64,000 bases of DNA. It comes from an uncultured cyanobacterium (GTDB lineage Bacteria > Cyanobacteriota > Cyanobacteriia > Cyanobacteriales > Nostocaceae). The first letter of the stretch is position 1. Every line of letters begins with the position of its first letter. Below, piece after piece: positions 28,576-39,029 of this stretch. The stretch spans positions 352,001 through 416,000 of the forward strand of contig CAVUDP010000002.1 in NCBI GenBank assembly GCA_963740315.1, given 5' to 3'. The notes under the pieces were generated by a model. The model saw nothing but the letters and a program-made list of their open reading frames with translations. It made no database searches and had not been told where the DNA came from. The position numbers and the translations under genes are program-made.

Positions 28576-30165
28576 TCCGGAAGATACTGGTTAACTTTAG
28601 AACATTTTGTTGGTAGATGCACCCTGATAACTCATTCCCCTAGTTGAATTCTTCCACTAGGGGTTTTTTATGGTTTGCACAACCAGAAATCTTAATTTTT
28701 ATATTTTATCCGGAGTTGAAGAGTTACATATAGAACATTTTATTGGTAGATGCACCCTGATAACTCACTCCCCCAATCCGCCTACGTGCGATTGGGGTTT
28801 TTTTATATCTAATTTTAATAGTAGAAAATATTTATACATTTTTATCCGGAGAATGACGGTTAGATACGGTACATATAATTGGTAGATGCACCCTGATAAC
28901 TAACTCCCCCGGCAAGCCTACAAGCACGCTGGGGGTTTTTGTATTTAAAATTAGTACTTAACCACATTTATACATTTTTATCCGGAGAATGACTGTTAGA
29001 TACGGTACATATAATTGGTAGATGCACCCTGATAACTAACTCCCCCGGTAAGCCTACAAGCAAGCTGGGGGTTTTTATATTTAAAATTAGTACTTAACCA
29101 CATTTATACATTTTTATCCGGAGAATGACTGTTAGATACGGTACATATAATTGGTAGATGCACCCTGATAACTAACTCCCCCGGTAAGCCTACAAGCAAG
29201 CTGGGGTTTTTTGTATGCATTACCCGATCGCATTTATACAGTTTTATCCGGAGAATGACGTTTAGACGCGGTACATATAATTGGTAGATGCACCCTGATA
29301 ACTGTCTCCCCCGGTAAGCCTACAAGCAAGCTGGGGGATTTTTGTATGCAAGTAATTACACCCGAAGACATTTATACAGTTTTATCCGGAAAGCGGCGGT
29401 TAGATACGGTACATATAATTGGTAGATGCACCCTGATAACTGTCTCCCCCGGTAAGCCTACAAGCAAGCTGGGGGATTTTTGTATGCAAGTAATTACACC
29501 CGAAGACATTTATACAGTTTTGTCCGGAGAGTGGCGGTTAGATACGGTACATATAATTGGTAGATGCACCCTGATAACTGTCTCCCCCGGTAAGCCTACA
29601 AGCAAGCTGGGGGATTTTTGTATGCAAGTAATTACACCCGAAGACATTTATACAGTTTTGTCCGGAGAGTGGCGGTTAGATACGGTACATATAATTGGTA
29701 GATGCACCCTGATAACTGTCTCCCCCGGTAAGCCTACAAGCACGCTGGGGGATTTTTGTATTTAAAATTAGTACCTAACCATATTTATACAGTTTTATCC
29801 GGAGAATGACTGTTAGATACAGTACATAGAATTGGTAGATGCACCCTGATAACTAACTCCCCCGGTAAGCCTACAAGCAAGCTGGGGGTTTTTTTATATG
29901 CAAGTAATTACACCCGAAGACATTTATACAGTTTTATCCGGAGAGTGGCGGTTAGATACAGTACATAGAATTGGTAGATGCACCCTGATAACTGTCTCCC
30001 CCGGTAAGCCTACAAGCACGCTGGGGGTTTTTATTTAAATCAAAAACAATGTTTGATTGACAAATCTATCCGGATCGAACTTTACCCAAGTAAACGAAGT
30101 TGGTAGATACTGATAACTAACTCCCTTAAGAAAATTGATAACCATTACGGATTTTTTCTTAAGTA
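28576..30165 (+). ncRNA. nsiR1: NsiR1-type sRNA tandem array: 11 intact units plus 1 degenerate unit
   Basis: TCCGGA at 28576, 28709, 28845, 28981, 29117, 29247, 29385, 29523, 29661, 29798, 29937 and 30069. In the first 11 units GGTAGATGCACCCTGATAACT starts exactly 36 nt later, followed by a CCCC..GGGG hairpin and T-run (about 60 nt). Location upstream of hetF matches the known NsiR1 locus. Confidence 0.9.
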
Positions 30166-30758
30166 ATACAACTTAAATATTGTGTTTTTACTTAGTCGTT
30201 TTTAGAGTATAACCTCATATTAGTTGCTAAGTAGCAAGAATAGTTAAGTAGTGTATTTAATTTAACATACTTTTAGAGAAGATTTACATTGATATAAGAA
30301 CCGTTTATATCTACCTATTACCTATTCTATTGGCTTATCTCGGAGTTTACCCTGACAATTAAGCGTTTTCCACATTTCTGCTTATTGATATTTCATTCAA
30401 GCACAAAGCAAATAATGTGTTTATTATTTTTAAAGATTTCCCTGTATTTACTTAAATAAGTTGACATAAGAATAATTAATTCTTCACCCTCAATTACTTG
30501 TCGATGATATTAAAGGTAAATTGCGCCCTTAAACTATTGCGGAATTACAATGGCGGCTCTGCATCATTTGCTTGGGTGCCTTATTACCAGCTTTTTGCTC
30601 GGTTGGCGGCATTTAACCGTATAATCCCCGGCATACCTTACTTGATATCACCTGTCGATCTAAAGGAATGAATTGTTCCCCAGATTCCCATTGTGAAAGT
30701 ATGGTACGATCGCCTTTTGTATTTAATAAATCAAAAATAGCTCAAAAGCCTTAAGATT

Positions 30759-31076
30759 ATGCCTTTAGCTGTAATTAAGTTCTCGAGTGAAGATTGCGGT
30801 ATTTGCCACAAAATGTCTTTTTATGACAAAAAGGTGGCTGAAGAACTGGGTTTACAATTTATTGATGTCAAGATGCAGGATACTAGTACTTACCGCAAGT
30901 ATCGTAAAGTTTTATTAACTCAATATCCTGATAAATCAGAAATGGGATGGCCTACCTACATTATTTGCGATTCTCCAGAAGAAGAACCTCGTATTTTGGG
31001 TGAAGTGAAAGGAGGGCATCCCAAAGGAGAATTTAGAACTCGTTTGCGATCGGTTGTTGATGAAAATAGCAAATAA
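30759..31076 (+). CDS. Thioredoxin-like protein
   Basis: CGIC (CxxC) motif near the N-terminus, GWPTY cis-Pro loop. Confidence 0.8.
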   Translation: MPLAVIKFSSEDCGICHKMSFYDKKVAEELGLQFIDVKMQDTSTYRKYRKVLLTQYPDKSEMGWPTYIICDSPEEEPRILGEVKGGHPKGEFRTRLRSVVDENSK

Positions 31077-31097
31077 TTAGAACTCGTGTTAGATAAG

Positions 31098-31132
31098 CCG
31101 GGTTTAAAGTCTCAATAATACAAACCCGGTTT
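31098..31132. terminator. Hairpin between convergent genes
   Basis: CCGGGTTT...AAACCCGG. Confidence 0.5.
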
Positions 31133-31155
31133 CTTATAATTTAAAGTTGGCTTTA

Positions 31156-31383
31156 TTAACTGGTAATATCAAAAGATTTTACTTCTAACACCGGACCAAT
31201 CATAGCAGTTGTCATCACATCTTCGCGTACATCTCCGGTGACTTCTGCTTTTTGTCCTGCTTTGAGTAAGCTTTTATCTGCTCCTCTCATAATTTCATAG
31301 GTTTTACCATCTTCACCGACTAACGCCCAAGCACCCATGCCAATATCGCGGCGTTCAACGGTTCCTTTAACTTTAATACTCAT
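31156..31383 (-). CDS. Small beta-rich hypothetical protein (possibly OB-fold)
   Basis: 75 aa, V.GTVER...GAWALV...G.TYE...V.G, GPVLEV. Confidence 0.7.
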   Translation of the reverse strand: MSIKVKGTVERRDIGMGAWALVGEDGKTYEIMRGADKSLLKAGQKAEVTGDVREDVMTTAMIGPVLEVKSFDITS

Positions 31384-31392
31384 GTTTTTTAT

Positions 31393-31487
31393 TAGTGGTT
31401 AGTGGTTAGGAGTTAGGAGTTAGGAGTTAGGAGTTAGGAGTTAGGAGTTAATAAACAACTATCAACTAACAACTAACAACTAACAAC
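31393..31487. repeat. STRR tracts (GGAGTTA)x6 and (CAACTAA)n
   Basis: Heptamer tandem repeats between genes. Confidence 0.9.
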
Positions 31488-33361
31488 TAAACTGGTTGTT
31501 CTTCGTTTTTGACTGCGAAACGAGCCAACATGAAACAAAGCACTGCATTAGCAATCAAAAATCCACGGGATAGCATACCACTTCCCAATCCCCATACTGC
31601 TGGATCTGTTACAGAACTTACGGCTAAACAAGCTGCAATTCCCAAGCTGGAACCGATCGCAAACCACTTCCATTTTGAATGTCCTAAAAGCAGCGCCAAT
31701 AAAACAACAGGAACTAAAATGCTGGCAAAGAATGGGTTAAAAGCATCGGTTCCTTGTAAGGTATTACCTAATTCGGGAATTGAACTACCTAAAAGACGGA
31801 AGGGCCATTGAGGAAGGTCAAAGATGTAAAATCCTTTAAACAAGAATAAACCAGAACTACCTGCAACTAAACCGCTAGCTAAACTCCAACTCCAGGTAAA
31901 AGGAAAGTAAACTCGCAAAAACCAAGCTAATAAGTAAGAACCTACTACCATTAAAATCTTGGGTAGAAGCGCTACAACACCACCGTCAATCCAGAAACCG
32001 GGGTTGAGATAGCCGCTATCGCGCAACCAGCGGAAGAAGTCTTGAAAACTAACTCTTCCTTGCGCTCCAAGGGTTACTGCTGCTTCAGCATTTAGCTGTC
32101 CGGCACCATAATAGTTTAAGCCGTCATCTTGGATAACTCTTGCTGATTCACTAATAACTTTAACTATTTCGTCTGGCTCTTCGACTCCAGTAGCTTTGAC
32201 TAATGCAGCAACGCCAGCAACATGGGGTGCAGCCATACTTGTACCCTGCAAGCCAAGAAATACTTCTTCGCCTTTGCTGTCCATATCAACGGTTGCTTGC
32301 AGAACTTTACCAGCATCGCTACCGCCGGGAGCAGAAATATCGACTCCAGCACCATAATTAGAATAAGGCGCTTTCTCTCCATCGGGACCCAAAGCCGAAA
32401 CTGCGAAAACATTGGGATAACGTGCGGGATAAGAAGCAGCATTCTGGTTTTCGTTTCCAGCGGCTGCAATTATTACTACTTTTTTACTGTGAGCGTAATT
32501 GATTGCATCTTTCATCAATTGGCTTTCACCGCCGCCACCCAAACTCATATTAATCACATCTGCGCCATTATCGGCAGCAAATCTAATTGCTTCGGCAATA
32601 TCGGCTACCGTACCGCCACCGTAACCGCTAAGCACTTTCAAAGGCATTAAGCTGGCTTCGTAAGCAACTCCGGCTACACCATAGTTGTTATTGGTAGCTT
32701 GGGCAATTGTACCGGCGACGTGGGTACCGTGTCCGTTGTCGTCGGAGGCGTTTTCTTTATCGTTTACAAAGTCGTAGCCTTTGACAAACTCGGTTTCAAC
32801 TAAATCGCGTACTTTGGTAACGCCGGTGTCAATCACGGCTACCGTTACGCCTTTACCTTTAGTTTTATCCCATGCCCCCTCAACGTTAATATTATGTAGG
32901 TGCCATTGTTTGCTGTAATATGGGTCGTTAGCACCTTTGAGGTTTGGCTTTATTTCTTCTACAATATCGTCCGAAGGCTCTAAATATTCAGCCTCCCGTG
33001 CAATTTTATCTTGTTCGGGATTGCCTTGCTCTGGGATTTTATATATGTAGTTTGGTTCGATAAATTCTGTATCTAGCGCAAATTTTGATTTACGTAGTTC
33101 CTTGATTCGCTGTTTATCCCCTTCGATAATATAAACATTATCCTTTTGAGAAAATTTATTATCAAATCGGGGAGTTACATTATACTTTTGGGCTATTGTT
33201 TGCAAATCTTGCTGCAATTCTTCAGATGGGATATCTTCCCGAAAATCTAGCACGATCGTTTTAAATTCACCGCGACTTGCGAGTCCCCGAACGTTCATAA
33301 AAGTTAACAGGGCAAAACTCAACCCGATGACAAACAAGCAAAATAATATGAGTTTTTTCAT
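31487..33361 (-). CDS. S8 subtilase with C-terminal multi-TM domain
   Basis: Catalytic triad VIDTG, HGTHVAG, GTSMAAPHVAG; signal peptide; hydrophobic C-terminus. Confidence 0.92.
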   Translation of the reverse strand: MKKLILFCLFVIGLSFALLTFMNVRGLASRGEFKTIVLDFREDIPSEELQQDLQTIAQKYNVTPRFDNKFSQKDNVYIIEGDKQRIKELRKSKFALDTEFIEPNYIYKIPEQGNPEQDKIAREAEYLEPSDDIVEEIKPNLKGANDPYYSKQWHLHNINVEGAWDKTKGKGVTVAVIDTGVTKVRDLVETEFVKGYDFVNDKENASDDNGHGTHVAGTIAQATNNNYGVAGVAYEASLMPLKVLSGYGGGTVADIAEAIRFAADNGADVINMSLGGGGESQLMKDAINYAHSKKVVIIAAAGNENQNAASYPARYPNVFAVSALGPDGEKAPYSNYGAGVDISAPGGSDAGKVLQATVDMDSKGEEVFLGLQGTSMAAPHVAGVAALVKATGVEEPDEIVKVISESARVIQDDGLNYYGAGQLNAEAAVTLGAQGRVSFQDFFRWLRDSGYLNPGFWIDGGVVALLPKILMVVGSYLLAWFLRVYFPFTWSWSLASGLVAGSSGLFLFKGFYIFDLPQWPFRLLGSSIPELGNTLQGTDAFNPFFASILVPVVLLALLLGHSKWKWFAIGSSLGIAACLAVSSVTDPAVWGLGSGMLSRGFLIANAVLCFMLARFAVKNEEQPV

Positions 33362-33559
33362 CTGAATTTAAGACTAGCTGTGCAATCAGTTTGAACACTA
33401 CCATAGCTTATACAGAACTATATGCGCTTAAAAAGGATATCTAACCTTTACAAGTACTGAGTTACGTAAGCTTTATTGGTTTAACGAATTGAATGCTGGC
33501 AATACTTTATTTTTCGTTATTGTTTTATTTTATATGAAGCAGAAAATTAAGGTTATCTT

Positions 33560-33994
33560 ATGGAACGCGGACTTTTATGGTTGCCTTTGCTAGTAGCGTT
33601 TTTTTGGTTGGCTTGGCAAGGCTCTAGGGAATTTAAAAAAGTTGAGGCTTATCGTGTTTGGGCAGAAAATTTTGACCGAGCAAAGTACGATATTTATGCG
33701 GTTTTGGCTCAGAAAGAAAACGATATGACTTGGGGCAAACCTACTGTTAAAGGTATCGTGGATTTGGAAACTTTTTCTTTGAATGATGTTACTGATATCA
33801 ATCTTTTGATAGATGACAAAGTTATTGATATAGACGATTTACCTAGAAAAGCTAAAAAAATTGAATTAGAATTTGTATTTCCCGAAGCCTCAAAATCGGT
33901 TCGGGTACCTTTTACAGAAATTCCTTTAGCTGGGGAATGGGGAAAGTTTTTACAAGGTGAATTACAACGGATTGAAAAAGAATCGGGGAAGTGA
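33560..33994 (+). CDS. Hypothetical protein with N-terminal TM helix
   Basis: MERGLLWLPLL, AKYDIYAVL, IPF-like FTEIPLA..W. Confidence 0.75.
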   Translation: MERGLLWLPLLVAFFWLAWQGSREFKKVEAYRVWAENFDRAKYDIYAVLAQKENDMTWGKPTVKGIVDLETFSLNDVTDINLLIDDKVIDIDDLPRKAKKIELEFVFPEASKSVRVPFTEIPLAGEWGKFLQGELQRIEKESGK

Positions 33995-34099
33995 GAGATA
34001 AGAAAAGAGAATGCAATTTGAAATTGTTACGACTCTATGAGATTAAACCACACAAAATCAATTACTTTAAGTTCATTATTCATAACATTTTATTGATTC

Positions 34100-34921
34100 A
34101 TGAACGCCAAATCAACCTCCAAGGTGCCTGTTGCTTTAACGATTGCTGGTTCCGATAGCGGTGGTGGCGCTGGGATTCAAGCCGATTTACGTACCTTTGC
34201 TTTTCATTGCGTCCACGGTACTAGCGCTATTACCTGCGTTACCGCACAAAATACTCTGGGTGTAACGCGAGTTGATGCAATGCCAAAAGAAGCCGTTGAG
34301 CAGCAAATTCGGGCTGTATGCGAAGATATCGGAGTGCAAGCAGCTAAAACTGGAATGTTGCTGAATCAAGAAATTATTGCTACCGTTGTCAAACAAATAG
34401 AAACTTTACAAATTCCCAATTTAGTGGTAGACCCGGTGATGGTGTCGCGCACGGGGGCACAGTTAATTGATGATGAAGCCGTAAAAACCCTTCGCGATTC
34501 TCTTATACCCTTAGCCACTATTGTGACTCCCAACCGATACGAAGCGCAAATTCTTAGCGGCTTAGAAATTAAATCCCTTGATGATATGAAAGCAGCAGCG
34601 CAAACCATTCACGAAAAATTAAAAGTCAAAGCCGTTTTAGTTAAAGGTGGCGGAATGCAAGGAAGTTTGCGCGGAGTTGATATTTGGTTTGATGGTAAAA
34701 ACCTTGAAACCTTGCTCATACAATTAGTAGCCACTAAAAATACTCATGGTACGGGTTGTACTTTATCAGCTGCGATCGCCGCTAATTTGGCGCGAGGAGA
34801 TAGTTTATTTAAAGCAGCGCGTCAAGCAAAAGAATATGTTTCTCATGCATTAAATCATGCTTTAGATATTGGCAAAGGACAAGGACCAGTAGGACACTTT
34901 TTTCCTTTGTTAAAAGAATAA
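34100..34921 (+). CDS. thiD: Hydroxymethylpyrimidine/phosphomethylpyrimidine kinase
   Basis: TIAGSDSGGGAGIQAD, KTGML, VDPVMVS, TPN..EA, THGTGCTLS. Confidence 0.96.
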   Translation: MNAKSTSKVPVALTIAGSDSGGGAGIQADLRTFAFHCVHGTSAITCVTAQNTLGVTRVDAMPKEAVEQQIRAVCEDIGVQAAKTGMLLNQEIIATVVKQIETLQIPNLVVDPVMVSRTGAQLIDDEAVKTLRDSLIPLATIVTPNRYEAQILSGLEIKSLDDMKAAAQTIHEKLKVKAVLVKGGGMQGSLRGVDIWFDGKNLETLLIQLVATKNTHGTGCTLSAAIAANLARGDSLFKAARQAKEYVSHALNHALDIGKGQGPVGHFFPLLKE

Positions 34922-34958
34922 TCTATATTCTTCTTAAAATTGTTTTACATAGTTATTT

Positions 34959-34982
34959 ATAAGGTGACGTTTGTCACCTTAT
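34959..34982. terminator. Hairpin downstream of thiD
   Basis: ATAAGGTGAC-GTTT-GTCACCTTAT. Confidence 0.5.
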
Positions 34983-35146
34983 TAGCTGGAAAATATGATT
35001 TTTAATGATAAGTTTATTAATATGCTTTCTTATAAGATTCAGTAAGCTTTCTTGTCTTATTCTTAGGTATGTTCGATGTTTTTTAATACTTGCAGATAAT
35101 GTTTGTATTAAATCGGAATGGCATTTATTTTTGATCCCTTATACCC

Positions 35147-35749
35147 ATGCGAGCAATTACAGATCCTGCCTACAACCAGTCACCAACACCAGCTTCACAA
35201 GCTTACTCAGCTTCCGTGCCGTTGAGTGTATACCGCGAATTAGCAGCAGAGTTGCAATCAGCGCAAGTTGCAATACATCAACTCAATCTACAAAACGAAC
35301 ATTTAGCGCAAGAAAATTACGTACTTCGTCAAGAAATTGCGAAAACCGTTAATGCTGTTTTACACTTACAAAATGCAGTGAATTCTTCTGCAAATGCTGC
35401 CCAAAATAGTAATTATCATAGCTCTTTTAATCAAACATCAGTGGAAGCAAACCAGAGATATCCACAACAGAACAAGCAATATCAAAATACACAACGTCAG
35501 CGGCAAGTACAGCCGAAGCGAGCAAAACGCCCGCGTACATCAAAACCCCCTCAAGTAACTGAATATATAGAACCCTTCCCAGAACAAATATATATAGAGG
35601 AAGAAGAAGCAAGCTATTACTACACTGATGAATCAGAATCACAAGTTAGTGGCTGGTGGTTAATTTTTGCAATTGTTTTTATTATTGTTATGGGTTTTGG
35701 CGCTGGTTATGTAGTCGTGCGCCCTCTTTTAGAAAATCATAGCCGTTAG
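35147..35749 (+). CDS. Hypothetical coiled-coil protein with C-terminal TM anchor
   Basis: SVPLSVYRELAAEL coiled coil, Q/N-rich linker, terminal TM helix. Confidence 0.75.
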   Translation: MRAITDPAYNQSPTPASQAYSASVPLSVYRELAAELQSAQVAIHQLNLQNEHLAQENYVLRQEIAKTVNAVLHLQNAVNSSANAAQNSNYHSSFNQTSVEANQRYPQQNKQYQNTQRQRQVQPKRAKRPRTSKPPQVTEYIEPFPEQIYIEEEEASYYYTDESESQVSGWWLIFAIVFIIVMGFGAGYVVVRPLLENHSR

Positions 35750-35905
35750 GTAATTGAATTTTAGATTTTAGATTTTGGATTTTAGAGTTGATTTTAGAAG
35801 CTACAAAGCAAGCCGATTATTATTTCTAAAAGTAGCTGGTTACAAAGCAATAAATATTGCTTTATATTTAATTTATTATGAGTAAATTCCTACCGCCAGA
35901 TAAAA

Positions 35906-37084
35906 TTAATGCGTATAACTTATAACTATATGGTGTTTAAAGTCAAAACTAATTTTATTTTCTTCTTTTAACTTATTTAACAACTTTGTAACTGTTACTC
36001 TAGTAGTACCGCAAGCGCAAGCAAGCTCCTCATGAGTCAAGCGAATATCCAAGCGAGTTCCCTCGGTTATTGGTTGACCAACGACCTGTTTTAAAAGCTG
36101 CAATAAATAGTACAAACGCTCTTTCACCCGTCGTCGTCCAAAGTTGACTAAAAAAGATTCTGTCTGCTGTAGGCGTTGATTAATTTTTGGTAAAATAATA
36201 AGACTTAAAGCAGGATTTGTTGCTATTTCTGCTTGATGAATTGATATTAACTTTATATTACAAAGGGCTGTTGCTTTCGGAGTTTTTTGGGATGTCATGC
36301 TAGAACCAAAAACCATTTCTTTTCCTGCTAAACCAACAAGCATTTCTTCACCACTTTGATTCACCGTACTTAATTTGACTACACCTTCAATAACATACCA
36401 AATCACTGGCGATTCCAAGGAGATAGTTTCCCCTTTACAATATTGATGCACGGTACGACTAAAACAGATGTCGCACTCATTTTGCAGACGCTTAGTAATA
36501 TCGCGTATTATCCAGCGTAAATAGATTGGTTTTCCTTGCTGGCGATCGCTATCGATTCCTACTGAAGCAAATGCGTCAAAAACCACACCATTGCTTTGTT
36601 TGAAGCGTATAATTAATCTTGTGCTTTTGTTCTGAGTGGATATCCTAGAAAGCAGGTAAAGAAAACGCTGATGCTCTTGAGCGGCAACGAAATTAACGAT
36701 CGGTTTGTTAACCATAAATTGTTGTGGTAAACCAAACAAAAGACCAGCTATACGGTTAACTTTGACAATCGTGCCAGTCGGATCGGTAACTAAATAGCAT
36801 TCTGGTGCCAACTCAAATAAATCTTCAGAAGATTGCCTTTGTGCTTCTAACAAATTTCGTGTTTCTATTAATTCTTCATTTTGTTGATATAATTCTTCTA
36901 CTGCCAAGTCTACGATTTCAGAAATATTACCGATTTCGATCAGAGCTTGTGGTAAGATACTTGACACCGCTGCCTGGTCGTTACCATTATTATATAAATC
37001 CTTTAAACGACCGTACATCCGCTCCACTTGATGAGAAAATCCGTCTATAAATTCCGTGTCTATGTTATCTACTAATTTCTTCAT
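35906..37084 (-). CDS. PAS-domain Crp/Fnr-family transcriptional regulator
   Basis: Coiled coil, PAS (YLVTD..G.I..VN), cNMP-like barrel (GVVKL...GEE), HTH LTHEELA...GTTRVTVTKLL. Confidence 0.85.
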   Translation of the reverse strand: MKKLVDNIDTEFIDGFSHQVERMYGRLKDLYNNGNDQAAVSSILPQALIEIGNISEIVDLAVEELYQQNEELIETRNLLEAQRQSSEDLFELAPECYLVTDPTGTIVKVNRIAGLLFGLPQQFMVNKPIVNFVAAQEHQRFLYLLSRISTQNKSTRLIIRFKQSNGVVFDAFASVGIDSDRQQGKPIYLRWIIRDITKRLQNECDICFSRTVHQYCKGETISLESPVIWYVIEGVVKLSTVNQSGEEMLVGLAGKEMVFGSSMTSQKTPKATALCNIKLISIHQAEIATNPALSLIILPKINQRLQQTESFLVNFGRRRVKERLYYLLQLLKQVVGQPITEGTRLDIRLTHEELACACGTTRVTVTKLLNKLKEENKISFDFKHHIVISYTH

Positions 37085-37730
37085 TTTATATCCTGTTTAT
37101 TTATTGTTTTATTAAAAATTTCAAATTGCTGGACTAACTAGTTTTTTAAACACTAAGGGTGTTTTCAAAAAATACCGTTAGGAGTAACTATGCATAAATA
37201 TTTAGCCATTTTTATAAATAACTGAAATAGCTGTATTCCTTAGCCGTTAACCGTTCCTTACTCCCGTTTCCCCAAATAGGTAATTCCTAAATGCATGACT
37301 AAGTATTATCAAATCTCCTGCAATCCAATCAAGAATTACATCATATAAAGACGTGTTTAATTGATTGCAATGCTAATGTCAAAGCAAGTGCCTAAGTCTG
37401 ACTAAAATTTAAGTTTTATAACTTTGTGTAAACATCTATGCTTTGGCTGTCTAGAAAATGATTTTTTCCAGAAGAAAGATGATAAAAACATTTAATCACT
37501 TTCTTCAACTGGAATCTTCCTCCTAAAGGGCTTCATTTCAGATATAGTTAATAAATTATTTGAATGAAGGTTATAAATAATTTTCTATGATCCAGGTAAT
37601 TACTTAATGTATAATTACTATCTGATTTTTTTACCGGAGGGCAAATGGTAAATATTAATTGATAGTGGTTTGCCAGTTACCGCTTACGAGGCTGGGGATC
37701 TGGTTAGATAGATAAAGCGGATTAAAGTAA

Positions 37731-38081
<351 letters not shown>

Positions 38082-38164
38082 GAAATAAATGAAGTCTGAA
38101 GTTTGAAGTTTGAAGCCTCAAAAATTCATTCTTCATTCTTTGCACTTCATCTTTATTTTTATAT

Positions 38165-38737
38165 TTATGACTTCAATTTTTTTAACTGGGGAAGTAAACC
38201 TGCAAGTGCTTTACCTCGATGACTAATTGAGCGTTTTACCTCAGTCGTCATCTGTGCAAAGGTTGACTGCTTTTGCGGAACGTAAAAAACTGGATCGTAG
38301 CCAAACCCACCCTCGCCACGAGTTTCATAAAGAATCTCACCGCTACAAATCCCCTCCGACTCTAAAGCGATCGCACCATCGGGACGAGCAATGGCGATCG
38401 CACAAGCAAATTGTGCCCCTCTATTGGTTTCGTCTCCTAATTCTTTTAATAACCTAGCAATACGCTCGGAATCATTAGCGCCGTAACGTGCCGAATAAAC
38501 CCCCGGTGCGCCATTTAATGCGTCTACTTGCAAACCAGAATCATCTGCGATCGCCCAATTATTTGTAGCAATTGCAACTTCAGAAGCTTTCAAACGAGCA
38601 TTAGCAGCAAAAGTATCGCCAGTTTCTTCAACTTCCAATTCTTGCGGTTTTAAAACCAATTCCCAATCCAAATCCACAAGATATTCTTGCAATTCCTTCA
38701 ATTTTCCTGGATTTGATGTAGCTACGACTAATTGCAT
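38165..38737 (-). CDS. rdgB: Non-canonical purine NTP pyrophosphatase (HAM1 family)
   Basis: ATSNPGK, ADDSGL..DAL.G.PGVYSAR, GFGYDP, SHRG.A. Confidence 0.95.
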   Translation of the reverse strand: MQLVVATSNPGKLKELQEYLVDLDWELVLKPQELEVEETGDTFAANARLKASEVAIATNNWAIADDSGLQVDALNGAPGVYSARYGANDSERIARLLKELGDETNRGAQFACAIAIARPDGAIALESEGICSGEILYETRGEGGFGYDPVFYVPQKQSTFAQMTTEVKRSISHRGKALAGLLPQLKKLKS

Positions 38738-38749
38738 AAGCTGATTCGA

Positions 38750-39029
<280 letters not shown>

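Noticed and set aside
29346..29765. 139-aa repeat protein ORF (and ORF 28670-28885)
   Set aside because: Artefact of three 138-bp units being a multiple of 3; the frame crosses terminators and is broken in the other units
28576..30165. CRISPR array
   Set aside because: The intervening sequences are near-identical instead of unique, the period is 130-139 bp, each unit has its own promoter and terminator, and there are no cas genes
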